Below, piece after piece: positions 1-9,555 of a stretch of 64,000 bases of DNA (within the stretch, counting starts at the first letter, position 1; each line of letters starts with the position of its first letter). Origin of the DNA: an uncultured Rhizobium sp. (GTDB lineage: Bacteria; Bacteroidota; Bacteroidia; NS11-12g; UBA955); assembly GCA_964527775.1 (NCBI GenBank), contig CAZGQS010000001.1:222922-286921 (forward strand), in the 5' to 3' direction. The notes under the pieces are model-generated. The model had not been told where the DNA came from. It saw only the letters and a list, made by a program, of their open reading frames with translations, and searched no databases. The position numbers and the translations under genes are program-made.

Positions 1-1151
1 GTCCTTTTGCCGGTAGTCAAGGCGGAAAACTGATTTTCAATGGTGATTTCCAGCAGTTATTGGACTCCAATGAGAGTCTAACGGGAAGTTATCTTTCAGG
101 CAAGAACAAGATTGAAGTACCTATTTTGCGTAAACCAGCGTCTAAAATTTCATTGTTGGGTGCCCAAGCAAATAATTTAAAGAACATTTCCATTGACATT
201 CCCTTGAATTCATTGGTTGCCGTTTCAGGAGTTTCTGGTTCAGGAAAGACCACCTTGATAAAACAAGTTTTGTATCCTGCTTTAGCCAGAGAATTGAAAC
301 AATTCACCACAGCCAAACCGGGTACATTTAAAAAATTAGAAGGTGATCTGCATTTGTTGAAATCGGTTGAATTTGTAGATCAAAATCCCATTGGTAAGAG
401 TTCTCGATCTAATCCAGTGACCTATGTGAAAGCGTATGATGATATTCGTGAGTTGTATTCGAAAACATCTGTATCAAAGCGCAATGGATTTAAACCTTCT
501 CATTTCTCTTTCAACGTAGATGGCGGTCGCTGCGACAATTGTCAAGGCGAAGGTGAAACGGTCATTGAAATGCAGTTCATGGCCGACATCAAACTGACTT
601 GCGAAGTTTGTAACGGACGAAGATTTAAGAAAGAAGTCCTAGAATCAGAATATAACGGCAAGAACATTTCAGATGTTTTAGATCTAACTGTTGATGATGC
701 TGTTACCTTTTTTCAGTCCGAAAAAAATATCGTAGAGAAATTACTTCCTTTACAAAAAGTAGGACTCGGTTATGTCAAACTCGGACAAGGAAGCAACACA
801 TTAAGCGGAGGAGAGGCCCAAAGAGTGAAGTTAGCCTTTTATTTAAGTAAAGCCAATCCTTTTAAAGAGGGAGGAGTGATGTTCATCTTTGACGAGCCAA
901 CCACTGGACTACACTTTTATGATATTCAAAAACTACTGACTTCGTTCAATGCTTTAATAGAACAAGGGAACACCGTTTTATGTATTGAGCACAATCTAGA
1001 TGTAATAAAATGCGCCGATTGGATCATTGATTTAGGTCCCGAGGCAGGAGATGCAGGTGGAAGCTTGGTTTTTCAAGGTCCCACCCCTCAAATCCTTAAT
1101 ATTCCTGAAAGTATTACAGCTCGTTATCTAAAAGAGAAATTTGAGTCTTGA
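1..1151 (+). CDS. uvrA: Excinuclease ABC subunit A, C-terminal part (5' end lies outside the window)
   Basis: The frame is open from nt 3, upstream of the listed TTG at 60. Motifs: Walker A GVSGSGKTT, Zn-finger CDNCQGEGETV...CEVCNGRRF, ABC signature LSGGEAQRVKLA, Walker B MFIFDEPTTGLH. Confidence 0.9.
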   Translation, partial: PFAGSQGGKLIFNGDFQQLLDSNESLTGSYLSGKNKIEVPILRKPASKISLLGAQANNLKNISIDIPLNSLVAVSGVSGSGKTTLIKQVLYPALARELKQFTTAKPGTFKKLEGDLHLLKSVEFVDQNPIGKSSRSNPVTYVKAYDDIRELYSKTSVSKRNGFKPSHFSFNVDGGRCDNCQGEGETVIEMQFMADIKLTCEVCNGRRFKKEVLESEYNGKNISDVLDLTVDDAVTFFQSEKNIVEKLLPLQKVGLGYVKLGQGSNTLSGGEAQRVKLAFYLSKANPFKEGGVMFIFDEPTTGLHFYDIQKLLTSFNALIEQGNTVLCIEHNLDVIKCADWIIDLGPEAGDAGGSLVFQGPTPQILNIPESITARYLKEKFES

Positions 1152-3747
1152 ATATACCTGAGTTTGTTTTGATTTCAATCAAGTAAACCCCATTTTTTAC
1201 TTTTGAGGGAAGCGTCAATGAGTTGCCGTTAACCTCAGTTTTTCCTACAAACTTACCTGTTAAATCAAACAAGTTTCCTGATTCAATCTTGGTGTCTTTA
1301 TTTTGAAAACTAATTGCAAGTTTCTGCCCTGACTTGATTGGGTTTGGATAAACTCGCATATTTGATTTCTGAAAAGACAAAGCATTTAAATTGTTGGATT
1401 TAAATTCCTCGGTAGTTGAAAAAACACAAGGATTTTCAAAAGTTAAAGAGGCCTTGGGTTGTACCGAGTGATAGACGTTCAAAATCTGACTCGGTGAATC
1501 TACAAAATCATATTCAAATGAAGCTAAATTAGATAATATTAAACCATTGTTATCATTGATTCTCCATTCGTGAATGGCTTGGTTTGTGTCAATAGACGAT
1601 TCAAACTTATACTTAAAGTCATTTATCCAACTGCTTGAAAAGCTAGCATCCATAGAATCTACCAATTTTAAATTGATTTCATCGGAAAGTGCCGATTGAC
1701 AATTTTCATTGCTGGTATAAAAGAAGACATAGGCTTCTTTATTAACGCCCGAGATAGTGACATCATTGGTGGTTGAGTATCGTTTGGTGCCTTTGCTCGA
1801 TACGATCCAAATGGTATCCAATGCATTGAAATTGTTGAAATTAACAGGTACGTTTATTTGTTTGTAACCGCAACCTTCTGTTGCAGATAACTTTAAATCA
1901 AATCGAGGAGTATCAATAACATTCACCCTTAAATCGATAGACTTCGAATAATATCCGCAGGCCAATTGATTGGAATCCAAAACACTAGCGGTAAATCTTT
2001 TGAATTTTGATGCCGTTATTGTGAAGGATGTATCTGCGGTAGATGTGCTGTCAAAGGTCCAAGAGTAATTTGGTTTGTTCAAAAGGTTACTAAGTAGGAA
2101 TTGCACTTTATTACCAAAACAAGGAGTAGAATCAGAGGCAGTAAATTTGAAATCTATGTCTTTACATCCTGTTCCAGTTCCAGTGATTTTGGCAATTTTG
2201 GTTATACCACAATAATATTTAGTATTAGCACGCAACCAAAATTCAACTTTATCATAAGGATTTGTAATTGATATGGTTTGGGAATCTGTGGTTTTACCTC
2301 CTGATGGGTTTGCCCATGTCTTACCTTTATTAGTTGAATATTGATAACTGATCAAATCTCTTACTGCATTCCATTTAAAAGTAACCGAACTAATGGTTTT
2401 TCCACTAATTGAAATTGCCGGAGCTGCTAAGGTATCTGCTCCAAATATTTGCTTGGTATTAGATTCACTGATGCAGCCACCTGTATTTTTTGCCCAAACT
2501 TTAATAGAGTTTGATCCTAAGGACAAAGATTTTGTGATAAATGAATCAGTATCATATGGACCTGATGCGGAGGAGATAGAATAAGAATCCGTGAATCCAT
2601 TTTTATCCGAAGTAAAGATCAATAGAGGTTCACCAATACAAGCACTGTCTCCATTACTTCCAAATGAAACATCAAATTTAGGGACTTTAAGCGCCAAGAC
2701 AGAAATCTCCCGAGAATTTTGTTTACAACCATTGGTTCTTGTGGCTACCGCAAAGAACTTTCCGGCAGTATCTGTTTTAAGAGTCAAACCTGTTGTGCCG
2801 TTATTCCAAGTGTAGGAGTGATTGCTCATGGGCATAATTTCAATAGATGCTGTATCTCCCTCGCACAACGGAAGAATATTGCCATTGGTATTTAGAATAG
2901 GAGCAGAAGCTCCAATGAGTACATTGAAAGACAGGGTATCGTTCAATGAACTACCTTTTGAATTAAAACTTCTCAAAATGGCTATACGTGCACCTGTGGT
3001 TGAATACTGAACAGTAGGGGTGGAGTCAGTAGAAGTGGAAGGGGTTCCTCCTGGGAAACTCCAAGAATAGGAGGTGGGGTTATTGGTTGATGACGCGGAA
3101 AATTGATTCTGAGCAAAAGTACATGCTACAGTAGATTTCAAGCTAGCCTTTGCTCTAGGCAAAAGGGTACTTGGTGAAATGGAAATGGTTTTATTGTAGA
3201 TGACATCTCCGCCGGTACCGCCGTTATTATCAGCTACATTCAATGCTATATAAAAGTTGATGTCGCCTACATTGCTGCTGGGAGCTGTCCATTCAAATAC
3301 CCATGCAGCAGAGTCGGTTGCAACAGCTCCGGTACCTTGACTGCTGTGTTCAACATAATAACGAGTAGAACCAGAAACTGTAGAACTAAAAGTACCAGTC
3401 CTGTTATTTAAACTACTGAATGTACCTGCTGCAGTATTATTTTTATTGAGAGCAGTAACCATGAATCCAAACTTAGATTTACCCGTTTCTTTATAAGAAA
3501 GTACAATTCTGTATGTGGAATCAGGTATATATCCATTTCCCGTAAAGTTGCCAGTCAATTTAATTCGACCATGATTGGTGCCGCTGGTTTGAAGTGAGTT
3601 TCCCGTATGACAAGAAGTACATGTACTTTCGTTGGGTGCCCCGGTTCTTGGTGATGAATTTCCACTGGAACTGCTGTGGATTTGGAACGTAGAAACCCCA
3701 AGTATCCCTAAAATAAAAATACTCGTTTTGATATAAAATGTCTTCAT
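1114..3747 (-). CDS. Secreted multidomain surface protein: N-terminal CXXCH-containing beta-sandwich-like domain, Ig/PKD-like repeats, T9SS C-terminal sorting domain
   Basis: Signal peptide MKTFYIKTSIFILGILGVSTFQIHS. CTSCH encoded at 3607-3621. Long Ser/Thr/Asn-rich beta-repeat middle region. C-terminus RVYPNPIKSGQKLAISF...GVYLIEIKTNSGIFKTQISLL is typical of type A T9SS CTDs. Confidence 0.75.
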   Translation of the reverse strand: MKTFYIKTSIFILGILGVSTFQIHSSSSGNSSPRTGAPNESTCTSCHTGNSLQTSGTNHGRIKLTGNFTGNGYIPDSTYRIVLSYKETGKSKFGFMVTALNKNNTAAGTFSSLNNRTGTFSSTVSGSTRYYVEHSSQGTGAVATDSAAWVFEWTAPSSNVGDINFYIALNVADNNGGTGGDVIYNKTISISPSTLLPRAKASLKSTVACTFAQNQFSASSTNNPTSYSWSFPGGTPSTSTDSTPTVQYSTTGARIAILRSFNSKGSSLNDTLSFNVLIGASAPILNTNGNILPLCEGDTASIEIMPMSNHSYTWNNGTTGLTLKTDTAGKFFAVATRTNGCKQNSREISVLALKVPKFDVSFGSNGDSACIGEPLLIFTSDKNGFTDSYSISSASGPYDTDSFITKSLSLGSNSIKVWAKNTGGCISESNTKQIFGADTLAAPAISISGKTISSVTFKWNAVRDLISYQYSTNKGKTWANPSGGKTTDSQTISITNPYDKVEFWLRANTKYYCGITKIAKITGTGTGCKDIDFKFTASDSTPCFGNKVQFLLSNLLNKPNYSWTFDSTSTADTSFTITASKFKRFTASVLDSNQLACGYYSKSIDLRVNVIDTPRFDLKLSATEGCGYKQINVPVNFNNFNALDTIWIVSSKGTKRYSTTNDVTISGVNKEAYVFFYTSNENCQSALSDEINLKLVDSMDASFSSSWINDFKYKFESSIDTNQAIHEWRINDNNGLILSNLASFEYDFVDSPSQILNVYHSVQPKASLTFENPCVFSTTEEFKSNNLNALSFQKSNMRVYPNPIKSGQKLAISFQNKDTKIESGNLFDLTGKFVGKTEVNGNSLTLPSKVKNGVYLIEIKTNSGIFKTQISLLDNEL

Positions 3748-3783
3748 ATGCTTGTATTAATGGACTCTATGTAAATATAGAGA

Positions 3784-3791
3784 CAAAAATA
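3784..3791 (-). promoter_or_regulatory. Candidate Bacteroidota -7 box (TATTTTTG on minus strand) for the CXXCH T9SS gene
   Basis: Plus strand reads CAAAAATA, a perfect TAnnTTTG on the minus strand, 36 nt upstream of the ATG at 3747. No clear -33 TTG was found. Confidence 0.35.
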
Positions 3792-3846
3792 CATACCAAA
3801 ACGTTTTCTCTTTCGTCTTATTATTTCTACCAATTATCTAACATTC

Positions 3847-3877
3847 TTGATACTAACACCTTTTGGGGTTATTTTTG
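3847..3877 (+). promoter_or_regulatory. Candidate promoter of the M16 peptidase gene (-33 TTG 3847-3849, -7 TATTTTTG 3870-3877)
   Basis: Perfect TAnnTTTG with a TTG 20 nt upstream. The box ends 7 nt before the ATG at 3885. Confidence 0.5.
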
Positions 3878-3884
3878 CTTTTTT

Positions 3885-6794
3885 ATGAGAAAACTTTTCA
3901 TTGTCGCATTTAGTTTGCTTTCAAGCGGTTTGTTCGCTCAAGCAACAATGATCAAAAAGGTCAATGCGGTTCCCGGTAAATTGGTAATCCCTTATGAGCA
4001 TTATGTTCTTCCAAACGGATTAGAGTTGATTGTGAGTGAAGATCACTCAGATCCAGTTGCTCACATTAACGTTACCTATCATGTAGGTTCTGCAAGAGAA
4101 ACCCCAGGTAAATCAGGTTTTGCACACTTTTTTGAACATATGCTCTTTCAAGGTTCAAAGCATGTTGCTGATGAAGAGCACTTCAGAATTATCAAAGAAT
4201 ATGGAGGAGAAGTTAACGGTAATACAACCCGTGATAGAACGGTTTACGTTGAAACTTTCCCCTCTAATTTCACAGAAACAGCTCTCTGGATGGAAGCCGA
4301 TCGTATGGGTTTCTTCTTAGAAGGATTTACCAAAGAGAAATTTGAAAATCAAAGAAGTACGGTAAAGAACGAAAAAGATGAAAGATATGATCAACCTTTT
4401 GGGTTCTTAATGGAAGTTAAAGACCAAGAGTTATACCCTTCTGATCACCCTTACAGCTGGTCTACTATTGGATTTGTGGATGACCTTGACAGAGCAGATA
4501 GCAACGATTTAAAGAACTTCTTCCTTCGTTGGTACGGCCCCAATAACGCGTGTATCATCGTTTCTGGTGATGTGAATGCTGCCGATGTTGTAAAATGGAC
4601 AGAAAAATATTTCGGAGGAATTCCCGCCGGAAAAACCGTGAAAAAGAAGCGCGTTAAGCCCATTACCATCGAAAAAGAACGAGTGAAAAGCGTTCAAGAT
4701 GCAAATGCTCCGGTGCCATTGATGTACATAACCTATCCAACGGTTCCTGCATACCATGAAGATGAAGCAGCTCTTGATTTGCTCGCTTATTTAATGGGTG
4801 GAACTAAATCTTCGGTTTTATACAAGCGTTTCTTAGATTCAGAAAAAGCACTCCAGTTGAACGTGAATAACAATCCTTTGAGTGTTATCAATCATGAATT
4901 AGCGGGTGAGTTTAGCTTTACTATGGTGGGCTATCCTTGGTCTGATATGTTTAAGATGAAGGATGAACTCATGAAAGTGGTAGACTCTTTCGAATTTAAC
5001 AACTTCAGCAACGAAGATTTAAATCGTGCCAAGCAGAATCTTTTGTCTTCTTTTTCTGGGGGATTTGAGAGCGTTGAAAGAAAAGCAAATTTCTTGAGCA
5101 CTGTTTGGTACCTAGATATTAAGAATGATTCTGGTGCTTTATATTCTCTTGCAGACGAAGCAAACAGATATCAAAAAATTACCCGTGATGATATTTTGAG
5201 AGTATACAGAAAGTATCTAAAAGGAAAATTCAATTCAGTGATTGATATTCAACCTTTGAGGGTTGCTGAAGGTGAAAAAGCTCCTAAATACGAAAGTGTT
5301 AATCCAAATGCCAATTATAAGAGCGTTGCTCTTGATCTGGAATACCAAAATCTCCAACTCAGAGAGGTAAAAGACAACTTTGATCGCAGCATTAGACCTA
5401 CTCCAGCTCCAATCAAACCCGTTACAGTTCCAAAAATCAACAGATCAGAACTATCTAACGGAGTGAAAGTTTATACATCAAACTTCGATGAAACCTCAAG
5501 AGTGTATGTGACTTTTGGAGTTGAGGGTGGTGAATTACTTGAAAACGGAAAAGATGTTCCCTGGGGAGTTGCAAGCTTAACGGCTGCAATTCTAGGTGAG
5601 GGAACCAAGAATAAAACACCTGAACAATTGGAAAATGCCCTAGAAAAGTTAGGCGCTAGTATCGGATTTTCAAATAGTTCTACTGGATTTTCAGTTTACT
5701 TAGATTGCGAGAAATCAAACCTAAACGAAGCGGTGAAATTGATGGAAGAAATGATCTTTGAACCCCGTTGGGATGAAGCAGAATTTAAGAAAATCAGAAA
5801 ACGTTCAGTTGAAGGAGCCAAAAGCAATTTGTCGTCTAGATCTTCAGGCATGTCTAATGCATGGGCTCGACTAAACTACGGAGAAAGTGCCTTCGGACAT
5901 TACACTTCTCCAGATGAGTTATCTAAGGTTAGTATTGCAGATTGTAAAAAGTATTACGAGAATTATTTCAACTCAAATAATTCAAGATTGGTTGTTGTTG
6001 GACCTATTACTTCGGAAGAAGTGTCTCAAAAATTAAGTTTTTTCAGCAAACTTCCTAAAGCAAGTACTCAAATAGCTACACCTATTACACCTCAAGATTT
6101 TGCAACTTCGCAAATATTTGGTGTACAGTATACCGATGCAGAGCAAAGCGACATCATGATGGGCTTTAAATCGCTTCCTTACGATTATAAAGGCGATTTC
6201 TTCAAGAATGGCATCATGAACTTTGCGTTAGCTGGTAACTTTAATAGCCGTATGAATTTGAAGATTAGAGAAGAAAAAGGTTGGACTTACGGCATTAGAG
6301 GTGGTTTTAGCCCATCGTTTAAAAATATGCCTGGTTATTATGTGATTTCTGCGGGTGTAAAAGCTGAAACTACAGATAGTGCTATCAACGAGATTATCTG
6401 GATGGTAAATAAGTACAAGGAAGAGGGTATGACCAATGAAGAGTTTGAATTTACGAAGTCAGCTCTGATTGCTTCTCAAGCCCTTGATTATGAAACTTTA
6501 GGACAAAAGGCTGGATTTATTGCTCAAATGGCATCTAGAAATCTACCTGACAACTATGCTGATGAACAATTAGCAGTTCTTCAATCGTTGTCTAAAGACG
6601 AATTAAATGCACTTGCTAAGAAATATCTAGATACAGATAAAATGGTGATTGTTGTTGCTGGAGATATGGTTTTGTTGAAAGATCGTTTGGATCAATTAGG
6701 TCTTGGAAAGACCCAATTATTGAACAAAGACGGTTCTGGTAAAATTAAATACTACAAAGCCGGTTCTTCTAAGCACATCAAGAATTATCGCTAA
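3885..6794 (+). CDS. M16 family zinc metallopeptidase (insulinase-like, fused active and inactive halves), secreted
   Basis: HxxEH motif HFFEHMLFQG. Signal peptide MRKLFIVAFSLLSSGLFAQ begins at the internal ATG 3885; the listed 3738 start adds an implausible 49-aa leader. About 970 aa, consistent with a two-unit M16 architecture. Confidence 0.9.
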   Translation: MRKLFIVAFSLLSSGLFAQATMIKKVNAVPGKLVIPYEHYVLPNGLELIVSEDHSDPVAHINVTYHVGSARETPGKSGFAHFFEHMLFQGSKHVADEEHFRIIKEYGGEVNGNTTRDRTVYVETFPSNFTETALWMEADRMGFFLEGFTKEKFENQRSTVKNEKDERYDQPFGFLMEVKDQELYPSDHPYSWSTIGFVDDLDRADSNDLKNFFLRWYGPNNACIIVSGDVNAADVVKWTEKYFGGIPAGKTVKKKRVKPITIEKERVKSVQDANAPVPLMYITYPTVPAYHEDEAALDLLAYLMGGTKSSVLYKRFLDSEKALQLNVNNNPLSVINHELAGEFSFTMVGYPWSDMFKMKDELMKVVDSFEFNNFSNEDLNRAKQNLLSSFSGGFESVERKANFLSTVWYLDIKNDSGALYSLADEANRYQKITRDDILRVYRKYLKGKFNSVIDIQPLRVAEGEKAPKYESVNPNANYKSVALDLEYQNLQLREVKDNFDRSIRPTPAPIKPVTVPKINRSELSNGVKVYTSNFDETSRVYVTFGVEGGELLENGKDVPWGVASLTAAILGEGTKNKTPEQLENALEKLGASIGFSNSSTGFSVYLDCEKSNLNEAVKLMEEMIFEPRWDEAEFKKIRKRSVEGAKSNLSSRSSGMSNAWARLNYGESAFGHYTSPDELSKVSIADCKKYYENYFNSNNSRLVVVGPITSEEVSQKLSFFSKLPKASTQIATPITPQDFATSQIFGVQYTDAEQSDIMMGFKSLPYDYKGDFFKNGIMNFALAGNFNSRMNLKIREEKGWTYGIRGGFSPSFKNMPGYYVISAGVKAETTDSAINEIIWMVNKYKEEGMTNEEFEFTKSALIASQALDYETLGQKAGFIAQMASRNLPDNYADEQLAVLQSLSKDELNALAKKYLDTDKMVIVVAGDMVLLKDRLDQLGLGKTQLLNKDGSGKIKYYKAGSSKHIKNYR

Positions 6795-6819
6795 AATTCG
6801 ATAAATCTATATTTTAAAA

Positions 6820-6852
6820 GGCTCAACATTCTAAATTGTTGAGCCTTTTTTT
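6820..6852 (+). terminator. Rho-independent terminator after the M16 gene
   Basis: Stem GGCTCAACA (6820-6828) pairs with TGTTGAGCC (6837-6845), 8-nt loop, followed by TTTTTTT. Confidence 0.7.
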
Positions 6853-6959
6853 ATGCTATAAATTCCCATTAAATTGTCTAAAAATTGTGGGGAACAATCC
6901 ATCAATATCTCGATTAAAACAACGATCTGAATGTATATTGCAGGTAATTGATTTTGAAT

Positions 6960-9527
6960 ATGGAAGAGAACAATATAAAGCCCGAAGAATTCAACGAAAG
7001 AATCATTCCCATTAACATCGAAGACGAAATGAAGACCGCTTACATCGATTATTCGATGTCGGTAATTGTGTCTCGCGCACTTCCTGATGTGAGAGATGGT
7101 TTGAAGCCAGTGCACCGTCGTGTACTTTACGGAATGGTTGATTTAGGTTTGGCATCCAATAGACCTTATAAGAAGTCAGCCCGTATCGTGGGTGAAGTAC
7201 TAGGTAAATATCACCCCCATGGTGATTCATCTGTTTACGATACCATGGTGCGTATGGCCCAAAGCTGGAGTTTGAGGTATCCGTTTGTAGACGGACAAGG
7301 TAACTTTGGATCAATCGATGGTGATCCACCGGCTGCAATGCGTTACACCGAGGCAAGAATGAGAAAGATTGCCGAGGAAATGATGACAGATATCGACAAA
7401 GAAACGGTTGATTTTAGACCCAACTTTGACGAAAGTCTTTCAGAACCAACAGTTCTGCCAGCAAAAATACCAAATCTATTGGTAAACGGTGCTTCAGGTA
7501 TTGCGGTAGGTATGGCTACCAATATGGCTCCCCACAATTTGACCGAAGTGTGTGAAGGTATCATCATGTACATTGACAACAACGATGTGACAGTTGCTGA
7601 ATTGATGGAAGTGGTTAAAGGTCCAGATTTCCCAACCGGTTCAACTATTTATGGAGTAGAAGGCATCAAAGATGCATTTGAAACTGGACGTGGAAGAATT
7701 GTCATGCGCGGTAAAGCCGAATTTGAAACTTCAAAAACGGGCAAGGAAATGATTGTGGTAACTGAAGTCCCTTATCAAGTTTCTCCTCCACAAATCATCG
7801 TAAAAGCAGTTGATTTAATCCATGAAAAAGTGATTGAAGGAATATCGGCAGTTCGCGATGAAAGTGGTAGACAAGGTATGCGCATTGTGTTTGACTTGAA
7901 ACGCGACGCCATCCCTAATGTTATATTAAATCAACTTTACAAGTATACCCCGCTTCAAAGCAGTTTCTCGGTGAACAACATTGCTTTGGTCAACGGAAAG
8001 CCTGAAATGCTTAATTTGAAGGATATGATTCGCCATTATGTGGCTCATAGACATCAAATCATCGTTCGCAGAACCGAATATTTGTTGAGCGAAGCTCGCA
8101 AGCGTATTCATATCTTGGAAGGACTTATTATCGCTTTAGATAATCTTGATGCAGTAATTGCTCTGATAAGAAATAGCAAGAACCCCGATGATGCAAAAAA
8201 CGGGTTGATGGAACAATTCGGTTTATCGGAAATTCAGTCTAAAGCTATTCTGGATATGCGTTTACAGCGTTTAACCGGACTTGAAATCGAGAAAATTCGT
8301 GAAGAGTATCAAGCAATTTTGAAAGAAATCGCTTACTACGAGCAAATTTTGAGTGATAGAGATCTCAGAATGAGCATCATCAAAGATGAAACTCGTGAAG
8401 TAGCTGAAAAGTACGGCGACGAACGCAGAACTAAAATTGAATATAACGCTGAAGAAATCAACATAGAAGATTTGATTCCAAATGAAGAAGTGGTAATCAC
8501 CATCTCTCATAAAGGATATATCAAACGTACCGCGTTGTCTGAATACAAAGAACAAAATAGAGGTGGACGCGGACTTCGTGGTGTAGCTCACAGAGATGAA
8601 GACTTTGTAGAACATTTATTTGTTGCAAGCACTCACAACTATTTATTGTTATTTACGGAGCAGGGTAGATGTTTCTGGTTGAAAGTATATGAAATTCCAG
8701 AAGGTGCCAAAGCAACAAAGGGTAGACCCATTCAAAACTTGATAAGTATCCCCAATGATGATAAAATCAAAGCCTATTTGAATGTTCTGAACCTAAAAGA
8801 TCCTGAATATTTAGAAAACAACTTCATCGTACTTGTAACTAAAAATGGTATCATCAAGAAAACGTCTCTAGAAGCGTATAGTCGTCCTCGTGCAAACGGA
8901 ATCAACGCCATCACAGTTAGAGATGGAGATGAATTGCTTCAAGCGAAAATGACCGATGGTGTAAGTGAAATTATCATCGCCAAGAGAAAAGGTAAAGCCA
9001 TCAGATTCAGCGAAACTAAAGTTCGTCCTATGGGAAGAACTGCTGCTGGGGTTAGAGGTGTTACCCTAGAAGATGAAAACGATGAAGTAATTGGCATGAT
9101 TTGTGTAAATCCCAACAAAGGAGTATCGAATATTTTGGTGGTAAGCGAAAATGGATACGGAAAACGTTCTGATTTAGATGATTATCGTGTTACAGGTCGC
9201 GGTGGAAAAGGGGTCAAAACAATCAGTATCACTGAGAAAACCGGTGTTCTTGTTGGAATTATGGATGTGAATGACGACGATGGACTAATGATCATCAATA
9301 GAAGTGGAATGACCATTCGTATGGCTATCGATAAACTTAGGGTTATTGGTAGAGCTGCTCAAGGTGTTAAGTTGATTAATATCAAGGGCAACGATAGCAT
9401 TGCCAGCATAGCGAAAACTCCAAGAGAAGAAGATGAAGAAATTGAAATGGGTGAACTAGATGAAAATAACCTTCCGTCGGATAATTCCATCGATTCTTCT
9501 GATTCTGTAGCACCTACTGAGGAATAA
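6960..9527 (+). CDS. gyrA: DNA gyrase subunit A
   Basis: Motifs [30 protein letters not shown] (QRDR region), [10 protein letters not shown] (active-site Tyr), QRLTGLE. C-terminal beta-pinwheel repeats and an acidic tail. ATG at 6960 preferred over TTG at 6948. Confidence 0.97.
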   Translation: MEENNIKPEEFNERIIPINIEDEMKTAYIDYSMSVIVSRALPDVRDGLKPVHRRVLYGMVDLGLASNRPYKKSARIVGEVLGKYHPHGDSSVYDTMVRMAQSWSLRYPFVDGQGNFGSIDGDPPAAMRYTEARMRKIAEEMMTDIDKETVDFRPNFDESLSEPTVLPAKIPNLLVNGASGIAVGMATNMAPHNLTEVCEGIIMYIDNNDVTVAELMEVVKGPDFPTGSTIYGVEGIKDAFETGRGRIVMRGKAEFETSKTGKEMIVVTEVPYQVSPPQIIVKAVDLIHEKVIEGISAVRDESGRQGMRIVFDLKRDAIPNVILNQLYKYTPLQSSFSVNNIALVNGKPEMLNLKDMIRHYVAHRHQIIVRRTEYLLSEARKRIHILEGLIIALDNLDAVIALIRNSKNPDDAKNGLMEQFGLSEIQSKAILDMRLQRLTGLEIEKIREEYQAILKEIAYYEQILSDRDLRMSIIKDETREVAEKYGDERRTKIEYNAEEINIEDLIPNEEVVITISHKGYIKRTALSEYKEQNRGGRGLRGVAHRDEDFVEHLFVASTHNYLLLFTEQGRCFWLKVYEIPEGAKATKGRPIQNLISIPNDDKIKAYLNVLNLKDPEYLENNFIVLVTKNGIIKKTSLEAYSRPRANGINAITVRDGDELLQAKMTDGVSEIIIAKRKGKAIRFSETKVRPMGRTAAGVRGVTLEDENDEVIGMICVNPNKGVSNILVVSENGYGKRSDLDDYRVTGRGGKGVKTISITEKTGVLVGIMDVNDDDGLMIINRSGMTIRMAIDKLRVIGRAAQGVKLINIKGNDSIASIAKTPREEDEEIEMGELDENNLPSDNSIDSSDSVAPTEE

Positions 9528-9555
9528 TATTAAGTTAGTCATTTATATACTTGTT

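Noticed and set aside
3738-3884. Extended N-terminus of the M16 peptidase (start at 3738) overlapping the divergent T9SS gene start
   Set aside because: The extension has no signal peptide character and would span the divergent promoter region. A TTG-N20-TATTTTTG promoter lies at 3847-3877, and the ATG at 3885 opens a textbook signal peptide.
6831-7356. Minus-strand ORFs (94 and 114 aa) overlapping the gyrA 5' region and the upstream terminator
   Set aside because: They overlap the highly conserved gyrA N-terminus on the opposite strand and cross the terminator hairpin at 6820-6852. No recognisable motifs.
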